Positions 13,798 to 25,183 of a stretch of DNA of 64,000 nucleotides are shown here, piece by piece. Numbering within the stretch: the first letter of the stretch is position 1; each line of letters opens with the position of its first letter. A program made the position numbers and the translations under genes. The stretch is from positions 434,001 to 498,000 of the forward strand of contig CBFDEM010000017.1 in the NCBI GenBank assembly GCA_965603825.1, in the 5' to 3' direction. A model generated the notes under the pieces. That model did not search any database and was not told the DNA's origin. It worked only from the letters and a program-made list of their open reading frames with translations. This DNA is from Blepharisma stoltei ATCC 30299. Lineage: Eukaryota > Protista > Ciliophora.

Positions 13798-16700
13798 TTA
13801 ATCAAAATCTTTTGGTAAGATGGTAGGCAAAACTGCAAATCTTTGAAGCTGCTTTATTTGAAGATTTAAATAAGGAAAATAATACAAGAAAAAAAATGCA
13901 CATAAAGCCACTGAATAAATTATAGTTGTGCTTATAATAGTATCCAGCTGTGTATTGATAATATTGATCGAGTCTCTATCAGCCAATAAAAATTCATCCT
14001 TAATTTCATTTGCTAATGCTTTTACATTATCCATAAATTGTATAAAAAATCCCATGTTTCTACCTTGTGGATATCCAATATCTTCTATGTCTGACATCAT
14101 AGACAGCATTGCAGCTTCAGATCCATAATCCATATTCTTATAGGCTAATTTATTTTCCTCAAAAATTTTCTGCTTCAGTTCGTCTGAGAACAATTCTGTG
14201 TATTTTTTAGCATGAAGATGCTTTTTTAATATTCTTAGTTGGTCAATAATAAGCAGTTCTTCTGTGACTGGTTTGGAATAGCCATAAAATTCTGGGATCA
14301 TATAATATGTATAATCTACGACACGATCCCTTGAGAAGAGGGATAATCTCATTAATAAAGCTCTTCGGATGATGAAATTGTTGAGCAAAGAAGGACGAGT
14401 GATCATCATATGGTCTAGTATAGGGTATAAATAGTTGAAAATTAATAAATAATAAGACGCAGCAATAGCAAAGAAGAGCATTACTCTTCAAATATATTGA
14501 AGATAAAGAGTTCCTCTTACTTTTCTTGTACGATAAGTATTTCTTTGATTGTCTGTGCTTACTTCTGCTTTGCACTCTAGTCCATGTGTTGTTGCTAATC
14601 TGTCCATTGCACAGCATTTTAACTGAAACATAGCCCATTGAGTATTATTTAATGTAAAATTTCAAAATTCATCGAGTTTTTGTGACACGAGCATAATATA
14701 GCCAATAATAATCAAAACCAAAACTCCAAGAGTGCAGAATCCGCATATCAAAAGAATATCAATATTAACTCCAGTGCTTTTTACCCTCTCAATTTCACAG
14801 TTTACCAATCCATTCATTATCCTATCAGCATCGTGAAAAATTCCACCTAAGCCATTTACATACAGAAATTTGGCATAAGGTCAGTATCCTTCTCCAGTTT
14901 TTATAGTAGTAATAAGTTTTTGTATCTAAATCTATATTACGTTGTATATATAGTTTCCTACAGTATCATAAAGATTTTCTTCACTGCTTTGAGGGAATTT
15001 TTGTTCAAAATTTCATAATAATATTGAAGGCTCTCTAACAACTTTAGAGTATGGGCAATAACTTCATTGGCCAAAATCTTTGAAAAGAGATCCCTTAATT
15101 TGTTCAAGATTTTCAATAAGATTTTGCATACTTTTAAGTTCTGCATCTTGCTCTTCCTTTGTTCCACCTCATAAATACTCAGCTATTATGTTAATTGAAA
15201 TATCAGCAGAGAGCTCAAAATCATATACAAGCTGGCCCAAGTCCTTAAATGATCCTAATGTGCTTGTATAAGACACGCCGTTTTTCATATAAATTAAAAT
15301 AGCAACGACTGTTATTATAACAGAAGACATCTAAATATTTCTTACAACTACAAATAAAATAAGCTGAAGCACCCTTATTTTTCTTTTAGAGTCCATCAGT
15401 AATTGTTTTGCCATATTTTGAGTTCTCCCAGTTTCGCTTCTTGAACGGCTTTCAGAATCAGATTTTTTTTCCATCAAAATTTTTTCTTCAGCTGCATGAT
15501 CAGGCTGAGAATTAAAAGAATGAGTGATAATTGTAGTGTCTGGATTTTCAAGTGACTTCGTGCGAATTAAATAATCAATCGACTGAAATTGGACTTCTAT
15601 GTTATCCCTTTGTATATTTATTTTCATTTTGTCCTCTTCTGAATAAACTGATCCAAGTTCTCTTGTAAAAGCTGGAGATTTTGCCTCTTTCCATTTCTGG
15701 ATTTCGTTTACATCGTCAATTATAGCAATTATGTGTATTTTCTTCGTTTTTATTGGTTTACTAATCCGAGTAACGAATAATTCTCTGCCTTTCTGAGTAA
15801 TTTTTAATGGTTCAAATTCTTTAATCTCAAATACGTCATTGATAGGTATTATATCTGACAGTAATTTTCCTTTTAAATTCTCTTCTTCTAAGTTGAAGGA
15901 GTTTGAAAACTTTTCTGTATGAGATAAAATTATTCCTTCTTCAGAAATCAAGGCAAGCTGTCTTTTTAAAGAACTTTCTTGAAATGAGATCATAAAGTAA
16001 GCACAGTTATGAAAAGCAGTTAGTTTAATCAATAAATCGCATTCAAGGAGATAGCCAGTATTTTGCAAAAAAAATAATGTGTCATGAGAAGGTACTTCTA
16101 TTGAATTGCAATTAAAAATAAAATCTTTCATTAATTTTTCATGATGTGAGCTATATGGTTGAGGAATAAAATTTAATATTGATGAGCCTATGATGTTCCC
16201 CATAGATGACATCAGAAGCTGAGAAGCCTTATCATTTATATATACAATAGTCCCAAACGATTCATTATTGCATGAAGCGAGGATTATAGGGAGATCTTTA
16301 CCATAATTTTCAAGATTTCCTTCGTAATTACGTTGACTGAAAAAATTCATATTATTTTTTTTTCTGATAATAAAATCAGCTTCTTCATGCTTATTTGCTA
16401 TTGCGTCAAGAAAAGTTGCATAATACTCAAATGCTTCTATGTTCCTATATTTTTCTGTTATAGCTTTATATCCTTTATTAACAAAAAACATATTTTTTGC
16501 AACTCTATTAACAAAATGAGCCAATTTATTAATCCTAGGATTTCTAGATGAGAATTCTGCGTGCAGTTGAGTTAGAATTAAACATACCTTTTCATCACGC
16601 TTTTTAATTTTACTGAATTCTTTGAGGTATTCTAAATGGTCTAGATCAATAAAAGATGACTTGTGTTTCCTAAAGAGCCAATCAAAAAGCCTTCATTCTT

Positions 16701-18003
16701 GTATATCTCCTTCAAATGACGATTTTGATTCCCCAATTTTTGTGAGTTTTATTCTGGCCAATCTTTCATCTCTCATAATAAAGCAGCAAAAATTAAACTC
16801 TCATATCACAAACAGCTTATCTTTATTAAATCCAGGTAAACCCCAAAATGCTTTAAATAGCTCAATAACTTGCTCTTTGTTTTCCAGGTTTTCATCAACT
16901 AGTAAATTCCTATATTTCCTTTCAAAATCAAATTGAGTCAGAATTGAAGTTTCTGAGCTTGGCATTTTTTCGTAATTTTTCCAAATTACCCATATAGCGA
17001 AATAAATTATAAAAGGTAATAAAAATAAATGAAGCCAAACAATAATTAACGAATTGTCAGCTAGCTCCCCAAACATGAGGATTAATAATGTGCATGACAC
17101 TGATGCCATTTTGCAAACATGAATGCAATTTTCAATTGGATTAAAATATTGCAAAAATTGAATGCTACGCACACATAAAAATAAGCTAAAAAGAAAAAAA
17201 ATGATTTGGAATACCCAGGCATAATTATTTCCAATATATACATAAAGCATACATATTGTCATATAGAACCAACGTCTGGTTAAGTCATATTCAGCACAAG
17301 ACCTTGCTTTTAAATTTTTCTTGAAATTTGAGTGCCTCATATCACAAGAAAAAGCTTCACAAAATAAATTTATAAAAATCAGCGCTAAAAGGCAGCAAAT
17401 TCCTATAATAACTCCTAAAACTCCATAATTAAAGGTTTCTGACGAAAAATTTCCTGAATATTCCTCAATCACAGTTTTGTTTGAAAAAGAATATTTAATA
17501 ATCATAGCTAAAATCATCGTGGTCGGAATAATGCATATCGATGTTAGCAATAAAGCTATTTTTCTTGGCAAAGCTGCAAGTATCATTGGAACATCTTTTT
17601 CTATATACATAAAAATCCCAAAAACTGCGAAAGATCATAAGCAAGCCCCTATCAGCGAAATTGTCCCATAAAAGCAGAAATCTGCTATCTCAAAACTTGC
17701 GCAAGCTTCATCATAACTTATAAGAGAAAATGATTTTCAAAAACTTTTATAAGAATCTCAATCAGATGGGGTTAAACTTGGATGCCAGGATAAGGTAGAG
17801 AGCTGAAGGGTAAATATCACATTGATAATTATTTCGTAAAATAATTGGTTTCTGAGTCTTGTGTGAGTGCTGTATTTCGTTTTAAAAATGTGTCCAAAGA
17901 AACCATAAAGGTACTCTTTTATTGGATTAGAAAAGATTGCATGTGAAGTAAATTCATGAAAATCGGTGCTTTCCTTTTGTTCATTGTCTAAATCAGTATT
18001 CAT
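13798..18003 (-). CDS. TmcB-like PAS membrane protein, copy D (~1391 aa)
   Basis: ORFs 17758, 16801, 15331 and 13798 share one frame. Introns 15331-15345 (gtaagaaatatttag) and 14926-14940 (gtaatatagatttag). Close paralogue of B and C. Confidence 0.85.
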
Positions 18004-18392
18004 GGTAGTTTTAGCAATTTTTTTATTAATATTGCATGATTAAATTTAATTCATTATTTGATGCGTGCTTTATTTAATATTGTGATAATAGCTTAATCAC
18101 GGGACTAAGCTATTATAATTTTTTTTTAATAAAGTGGTCAATTCCGATCTTACAAATGCTAAAATAAAATAATAGTTAAGATATTGGATTTTTAATTTCT
18201 ATTAGAAAAATTGATTTTGCTTTCTAAATGTGCAGTGGCGTGATAAAATTGTTTCAGATCAATCTAAAATAAATGATTATTATGGGAAATATGCCATTTT
18301 AGTTAACTATACATTACAATTAATGCTGCACCTAATTTATTAATTATTCCAGTGCTAATCTTGAATGATTTGCTTAAGGTCAAGCATATTTG

Positions 18393-18960
18393 CTAGATTA
18401 TTAAACTATCTGTCAAAATTGACGAAAAAATTGAAAATCTTTCCATTGTTTTGGTTGATAATTTAAGTAAGCATTCAATACAAGATAAAAACGCACACAT
18501 AGCTACTGAATAAAGTACTGTAGCATTCACAATGATATCTAACTGCCTGATGATTATATCAATTGAATATCTATAGTCCAGACTGCAGCGTATCAGGTTC
18601 ATATGAAAATTTCTTAAAATCAATTCTTGAGTTCTTAAAAAATTAATCGGCTACACGCGAAGGCAATCTTATTAAGCCGAATAACCCTAAAATTTAAAAA
18701 GATGCACTTTTGATAGCCTAGCTCTCTTAAAAAAGGGCTCATGGCTTAAAAAGTCAACAGTTTCAGTTATTAAGAGGATGCCATATAAACATATATGAGT
18801 TGAGGACTCAATAAATCAACGTCTCAATATCGCCCACATTTCCAACAATAGAGATTTTAGACCCTTCTCTTAAAGCAGTCATTTGTGAATCAATGACTTC
18901 ATATACCCTTTTTTTGCTCGCTGAGTGATTTGATATGAGATTGCTTACTTTTATCGACGC
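18393..18960 (-). pseudogene. Decayed 3' fragment of a TmcB-like paralogue (E/K type)
   Basis: Minus strand gives SIDIIIRQLDIIVNATVLYSVAMCA..ERFSIFSSIL. 18810-18910 resembles RVYETIDSQ..LKQGS..DIETLIYW of copy E. Interrupted by indels and unrelated sequence; boundaries approximate. Confidence 0.7.
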
Positions 18961-19837
18961 TGACTATTCCTTATTTAGAGAATTAATCTTTTGATAAATA
19001 TTTTATCAATAATATTTTTAAATATAAAAATTTGAGAGAATAAAGGATTTCTTAAAAATGAGATAGCAAAATCTATTATAATAAGTTAAGATCCGTTCGG
19101 GCTCAAAAATATTTGGCTTAAATTTCTGATGCCTAAGGGCATGACAAAACTCCTGAAAATTAAGCAAAATTATTAAATAATGAAGCGCATTTCAGCCCAC
19201 TCGTGAATATAGGTAAATACTCTGAAAATTATAATAAGCATATCCAGCATTATAATTTGATTCAAGATTAGCTTTTTGTGTATATTATTTATATTAGAAC
19301 AATTATTATTTTCCATTTATAGCAAAATATACATTTGAATGAGCAATTGTCAAAGTAGTTTGAATATATTGGTAAAAGATGCGAAGCTCTTTCTAACTTA
19401 CCAAATAATTTTATAATAGTTCTCAAGCCCCAAATATTGATAACTAAACTTTTGTTTTTAATAATAATTGTATCGATAATATATATAGTGGGTTTCAAAA
19501 GATGGGTAAATACATTAATTTATAAGAAATATATTTTTTATAATTTATTAAAACATATTGTTCTCTCACTTAATTATAAAAACAGGACTTCCTTTATTTT
19601 TTTTAATAAAATTCCTTTAATACTGATGAGAAAAATTTATCTATACCTAGAGCTTTTTTCCTCTGAATGCATCCTATACTTTCCCTTCAGCTCTTGAATT
19701 TATTTAGCCACATTTTAATGACCTATCAACTTCCTGAGCCTAAAATAAGTCTAGAGTTGTTGGAAAGTAGAGATGAAATTTGAGAAAAGCAAGCTTAAAT
19801 TATAAAGCTGCCATAAATAATAATTAAAAATTTGATA

Positions 19838-22800
19838 ATGTCATCAGATTTTGAAGTAGGGGATAAAGAAAGCAATGATTTCCGTAGTTTTATTGCTGAA
19901 TCTTTTTTTTCAAACAAATTGAAAGAGTATGTCTATGGCTTTTTTGGGCATCTGTTTAAGGAAAAATACAGCCACAATACTAAATTTAGGATGCAGGTAT
20001 TTTATGAAATTTTGATAAATTTTATTATAGTTTTACAGCTTTCTCCACTTGCCTGATATCCAGAAATGAAAGCAACAGGGTGGGATTCTTATGTTTGATT
20101 TTGGCAAGACATATCCTATATAAGTTACGACGGTATTTGTGCATACTACTCTATTATGAATTTTTGCTTTTACGGCACCGTCATACAGATTGGTGCTTGT
20201 TTTGGATCATTTGCAATTTTTTGGCTTTATATTTACTTTGATAAAAAAATTCCAAAATTTATATCAATTTTGCCTAAAAAAATTGCAATGCTTATGACAT
20301 CAATTTGCATTATCCCAAGCACTATGATATTAATTCTAGTGATAAAATATTCGTTAATTAATCGAGCTACAATAGAAGAATACAATAATTCGCTTTCTTC
20401 TGATACTTATAATTTTGGCACTTATGGAGTAATTTTCGGAATAATTTGTTTATCAGCATTAATTTTTGTAAATATTTTTTGTGAAGCTTTTACCTGTGAT
20501 ATGAAGCATTCTCACTCAAAAACTAATATAAAAGCTAGGGCATGTGCAGATTTTGACTTACAGAGAAGATGGTTTTATGTAATTTCATGTGTTTTAAATG
20601 TATTTTTAGGGACTGATAATGCAGTTTTATTCCAATGCATAAGCTTTTTATATTCATTTTATTTATATATTCACTGTATATGAGATGTGCAATATTTTAA
20701 TCCTATAGAAAACGCAATTCAAGCTTCCAAAATGGGGTCAATTTCAGCACTTTACTTTACTTTTTTGTTTGGGCAGCTGCTAAATGATGCACTAGTAATA
20801 ATAATTTTTACTTTATTTTTGCAGCCAATGGTCATTTTTATGACTATTTGGATAGTCTATAAAGGCCACAAAAACCTAGAAAAATCGATCCACAGCCCAA
20901 AAGACCAATTCCAGTTCGAGCGAAAATTCCGACATTTATTGACTGATGAAAACCTTTCAGACAAAGAAGAAGTTATAAATGTCTTCAAAAAATACTGAAA
21001 ACAAACTTTATTTCATAAGGACAAACTTTTCGTGATCTGGGAGTTTAATTTTTGCTTTTTTATTATGAAAGACGAAAAACTTGCCAGAATAAAAATTTCG
21101 AAAATTGCGAGTGCGAAATCTACATTTGAAGGAGACGCCCAAGAGTGGAGACTGTTTGATTGACTAATAAGAAAGCAGCACTCAGTATTTCCTGATACAA
21201 GCTATTTGGAGTTTTTAAAAGAATTCAGCAGAGTAAAAAGCCAAGATGAAGAGCTCTGCTTTATACTGACTGAACTGCATGCAGAATTTTCTTCTAGAAC
21301 CCCAAGAATCCAAAAACTTGTGAATTTAGTGAACAGGTCTGCAAATCATATAAGTTTTGTGGATACTGGGTATAAATCTCTAATAGAAAAGCACAAAAAT
21401 ATAGAAGCCTTAGAAATGTATGCTGGCTTCCTTGAAAATATCATTAATAATCACGATGAAGCTAATATGGCAATGAAGAAGAAAAATGGAATTAATTTTT
21501 ATAACCATAACAGCGGCAATAATAGTCTGGAGAACTATGGGAAAGAACTCGCAACAATTCTTGTGTCTTGCGCTGATGATTCTTTTGGGACTATTGTCTA
21601 TCTCAATGAAAAAGCCTCACAGCTGCTGAAGGCTCCTATAGGGAGTATTCATGGCTCATCTATTTTGAACTACATTCCTCAGCCTTATGACGCTTTGCAT
21701 GAAAATCTGATACGAAATTTTATATTTGAATGCAACTCTACAGAAATTATCCCTCACAGGCAGCTTTTTTTTCAAAATCATGCTGGGTTTTTGGTAGAGA
21801 CTCATTTTCTAATAAAATTAACTGCCTTTCATAACTGCGCTTATTTTTTGATTTCTTTTCAGCCAAGAGACATTTCGAGAGAACTAGCTATATTAAGTGA
21901 AGGGGGTATAGTTATTGCTCATACAGAAGCATTTCCTTATTATATAGGTATTGAAGAAAAAAGTGTAAAAAATAAAAAATTAGTAGACATAGTCCCTGTT
22001 TTAGATACAGACCATATGAAAGAGCTTGAACCTTGGTTGCTTCCTTTTAATAACACTGAGCTTATGATCGTCCTGATGAGAAAACAAATAAAAACCAAAA
22101 CAATTCGTTTATTAGCAGTAATTCATGATGATGCAGGGATAAAAAATTGAAAAGAAGGGAACCCTCATGGTCAAATCGATTTTTTGTCCTCATTAAACCT
22201 TGTAGATCAATATGATAATGATACTGATGAATCCCCAGTGATTACTAAGCCAGTTTTAACAGTCAAATTTCAACAGATAAATTATTCATTATCAACAAAG
22301 ACTTTTGATGCAATAGAAAACGAAACAAGCACTCACTTTGATAATTTAGGAGACAAAGAAAAAGCTGACCAAGAAAAACTCTCTGACAACAACTCACAAT
22401 CTGCTTCAACTAAAACCATAAATCCTACAGTCGCGAATTATTCAAAAAAACTATTTTTGGAGTCTAAGAAGAAAATAAGAGCTCTACAAATTATTTTATT
22501 TGTGGTGGTAAGAAATAAGCAGATGTTTTCTGTGATAATAACAGTGGCAGCTATTTTAGGCTATATGAAATCTGATGTCTTGTACACTACTAGGCTGAAA
22601 GGGCTTATTCGATTTAGCCAGGTTTTATATGATATAAGCTCATTTGCTGAGGTTGCTAGATCCATAAGCCAAGATGCTCTTAATAATGATATAAATAGTG
22701 AAGACATAAACAGCTTGCAAAAACTTATAGAAAATATCACAGCAATTCAGGATGAGTATTTTAATGATTTTAAAAACTGGAAGCATTATCCAAATGCAAA

Positions 22801-22901
22801 AAAGCCAATTTGCCTATTATTCCTCTGTGGTATTTTGATGGAGAATCTCCAAAGATGGAGCATAGAAATTTTTATAACTTGATTTCTGATTTTATTCTAA
22901 G
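19838..22901 (+). CDS. TmcB-like copy E, 5' part (split by inversion; 1-nt frameshift near 22800)
   Basis: ATG 19838 (MSSDFEVGDKES). ORFs 19832, 20156, 20687, 21206 and 22184 are in one frame. Intron 22508-22522 gtaagaaataagcag. Homology continues in a shifted frame (LPIIPLWYFD..NFYNLISDFIL) and stops at CTAAG 22897-22901, one base before the conserved intron-2 site. Confidence 0.8.
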
Positions 22902-23322
22902 AGAAGCCAGGAAGACAAAGTGGAAAGCATTGAAGACGAAGGAAAGTCCCAGAAGGAAGTCACTAATGAAAGTCTGGAGGGTCCAGGTGAAGGAATTCAA
23001 ACGTGAGGTGGAGCGCCAGAAGAAACTCAGATGGCAGGAAAGGAAGGCTGAGCAAGCAGCAATGGACATGAAGAGCTGCTGGAGCTCCATGCAAAAACTC
23101 AAGCGTTCAATGAGAGCGAAGCCGCCAAGATTCTCGAGACTTGAAACAGAAGCCTTGGTTAGCTGGTGGGAAGCACAGTACTCCTCCGATGATTCGGGTC
23201 CCCTCCCTTCACTTAGAGAATGAAATCCACCCGAACGAGCTGAAGTAGAGACAGCCATCAAAAGCTTAGGGAATGGCAAAGCAATAGGAAATGACGGAGT
23301 GCCGGCTGAGCTGATCAAGTAT
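22900..23322 (+). mobile_element. Non-LTR (APE-type LINE) retrotransposon fragment: linker and start of RT domain
   Basis: Abrupt rise in GC. Translates REARKTKW..SWWEAQYS..REW(TGA)NPPERAEVETAIKSLGNGKAIGNDGVPAELIKY. EV..AIK.L..GKA.G.DG.PAEL.K is the characteristic motif preceding the RT core in APE-type non-LTR ORF2. Confidence 0.85.
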
Positions 23323-23841
23323 TTGATAAAATTATAATATCCTGTTACAGCATCATTCTTAAAGGATAGCAATTTAAAGGCCTCTTTTTATATCGCATTA
23401 CTGTCAAATGTACAATTTTTTTAAGTCTATGATGTAGCCAAATTTCCTTGTGTGCAATTTTCTTATAGGGAGCATCTGGCTGGAAATAAAGCTGAGAAAC
23501 AGGGTAACGGAACTTTGATGTATATATCAGGCATGTGCTTTCTCTTACCTCATGGAGCTAATCCCTATGGGTTTTACCGCAATTTTTCGAAATGCATAGT
23601 ATCGAAAAACCTGGAGAGCAGAACTATCTAGACTACTCAAGGTCCTATTAGGCTGGATGAGCCTAAGAGATGCTGTCAGTTGTTTTCAAGGGAATCAGTT
23701 CTAAGGACTCTGGTGTTAGAAAATCTCGCCCATTGTGAAAAACTCTCTTGTGACAGAGGAAGGGTGCCAATAAAATCCCTCTAAGATGATGTTAGCATTT
23801 AGGGTGCAAATCCCCAACGTGTTGATGGCAAACGTCGATTA

Positions 23842-23856
23842 CTAATCTAATCTAAT
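23842..23856 (+). repeat. (CTAAT)3 short tandem repeat, possible non-LTR element 3' tail
   Basis: ctaatctaatctaat ends a GC-elevated block (~23460-23840) downstream of, and on the same strand as, the RT fragment. The role as a tail is inferred. Confidence 0.3.
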
Positions 23857-24764
23857 AATAAATTTGGTTTTATAATTAAATTAAAGAGTAAGGCATGATT
23901 AAGAAAATTTTCCAAAGAGAAATGAAAGTAAAGTGCTGAAATTGACGCCATTTTCAAAGCTTGAATTGCGTTTTTAATATGGTTGAAATATTTAATATAT
24001 CAAATACAATAAATATAAAGGTAAATGCTTAAATAAAACTGATATATTGGAACAAATTCACGTTATCACTCCCTAAAAGCACATTTAAAATGCGTATACT
24101 GTATAAAATTATGTTCTCTGTAAATCAAAATTGCGTATCAGGTATTTTCTGCCAAAGTTTTTCTTCTGATTGTTTAGCCGAATGTTCTTCTTTTGAGACA
24201 CTTACTAGCAAAATAAAAATTTCGACAAAAAAGTCGACAAAAATTTAAAGCCCTGACTATCAACTTGATTGGCGAGTAAAAATCTTTATGCTAAAATTAT
24301 ATATAAAAACAATTTAAAAAATCAAGAATAGTAATTATTTGAAACTAAAAATAATAATGCTATGAGTTTATGCTGTAAAAGATAAAATGCAATATCTTAT
24401 CTTAAACTTTTACTATAGTCGTGCCAATAGTTCTCTCTTTTATATAAAACTCTTTAAAAAGCCACCAAACTCCTCCTAAATTCTACATCACAAATTCCAC
24501 CAGAGCTCTATATGCATCTGCATCACATTGAGAAATGTTGTTTTCAAATTCATCACCTACTTGCTCATACAAGACTGCTATCAAAAGTCAACAATTTCTC
24601 TGCAGATTCATTAGGTTTCCAATTTCAATTGCCCCCGAAATTAAACAAAAACCCAATGCACAATTTCTATTCAAATTTCAAGGTAGCTGAGCTTTTCCTA
24701 TTTCATTTTCTTCATAGTCATGTATTTCATACCGCTAAGGATCATTTTTAACGCCCTCCAATTC

Positions 24765-25183
24765 AAATGTGGATCCTTAATACAAAATATTCTCATGATA
24801 ATCCTTGCATTGGCTCGAAAAACTATTAGATGCTAAAGATTATTAAAAATAAAATATAAAAAACTAGAGATCTTATGAGCCAAAACATGAATTGCATATA
24901 TTAAAAAAACTGATAAAGGGTAAACTAATAGGAATATTTTAATGCTTTTCTTGCTAGCAGATGAGTAAGTATTACTATTAATCAAATCTGCGCAAGACCT
25001 GGCTTTTATATTTCGTTTTGAGCGAGAGTGCTTCATATCGCAACTAAAAAATTCACAAAAATATTTACAAAAATCAATGCTTGTAAACAAATTATCTTCC
25101 ATAAATTATAAGTTTCAGAATAAAGTGAATCACCATATTATTCTATTGTGGCTCTTTTAAATACGGAATATTTTATCACTAGG
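24765..25183 (-). pseudogene. Decayed, internally deleted N-terminal fragment of a TmcB-like paralogue
   Basis: Minus strand LVIKYSVFKRATIE*YGDSLYSETYN and FCEFFSCDMKHSRSKRNIKARSCAD match copy E (LVIKYSLINRATIEEY..; CDMKHSHSKTNIKARACAD). Contains a TAA stop, frameshifts and deletions. Left boundary approximate. Confidence 0.75.

Noticed and set aside
19289-19697. Short ORFs 19289-19498 and 19437-19697 (also 24512-24751)
   Set aside because: They have AT-rich intergenic composition, no motifs and no paralogue support.
22872-23372. 166-aa minus-strand ORF
   Set aside because: It is antisense to the GC-rich LINE fragment, whose plus-strand translation has the recognisable motif.
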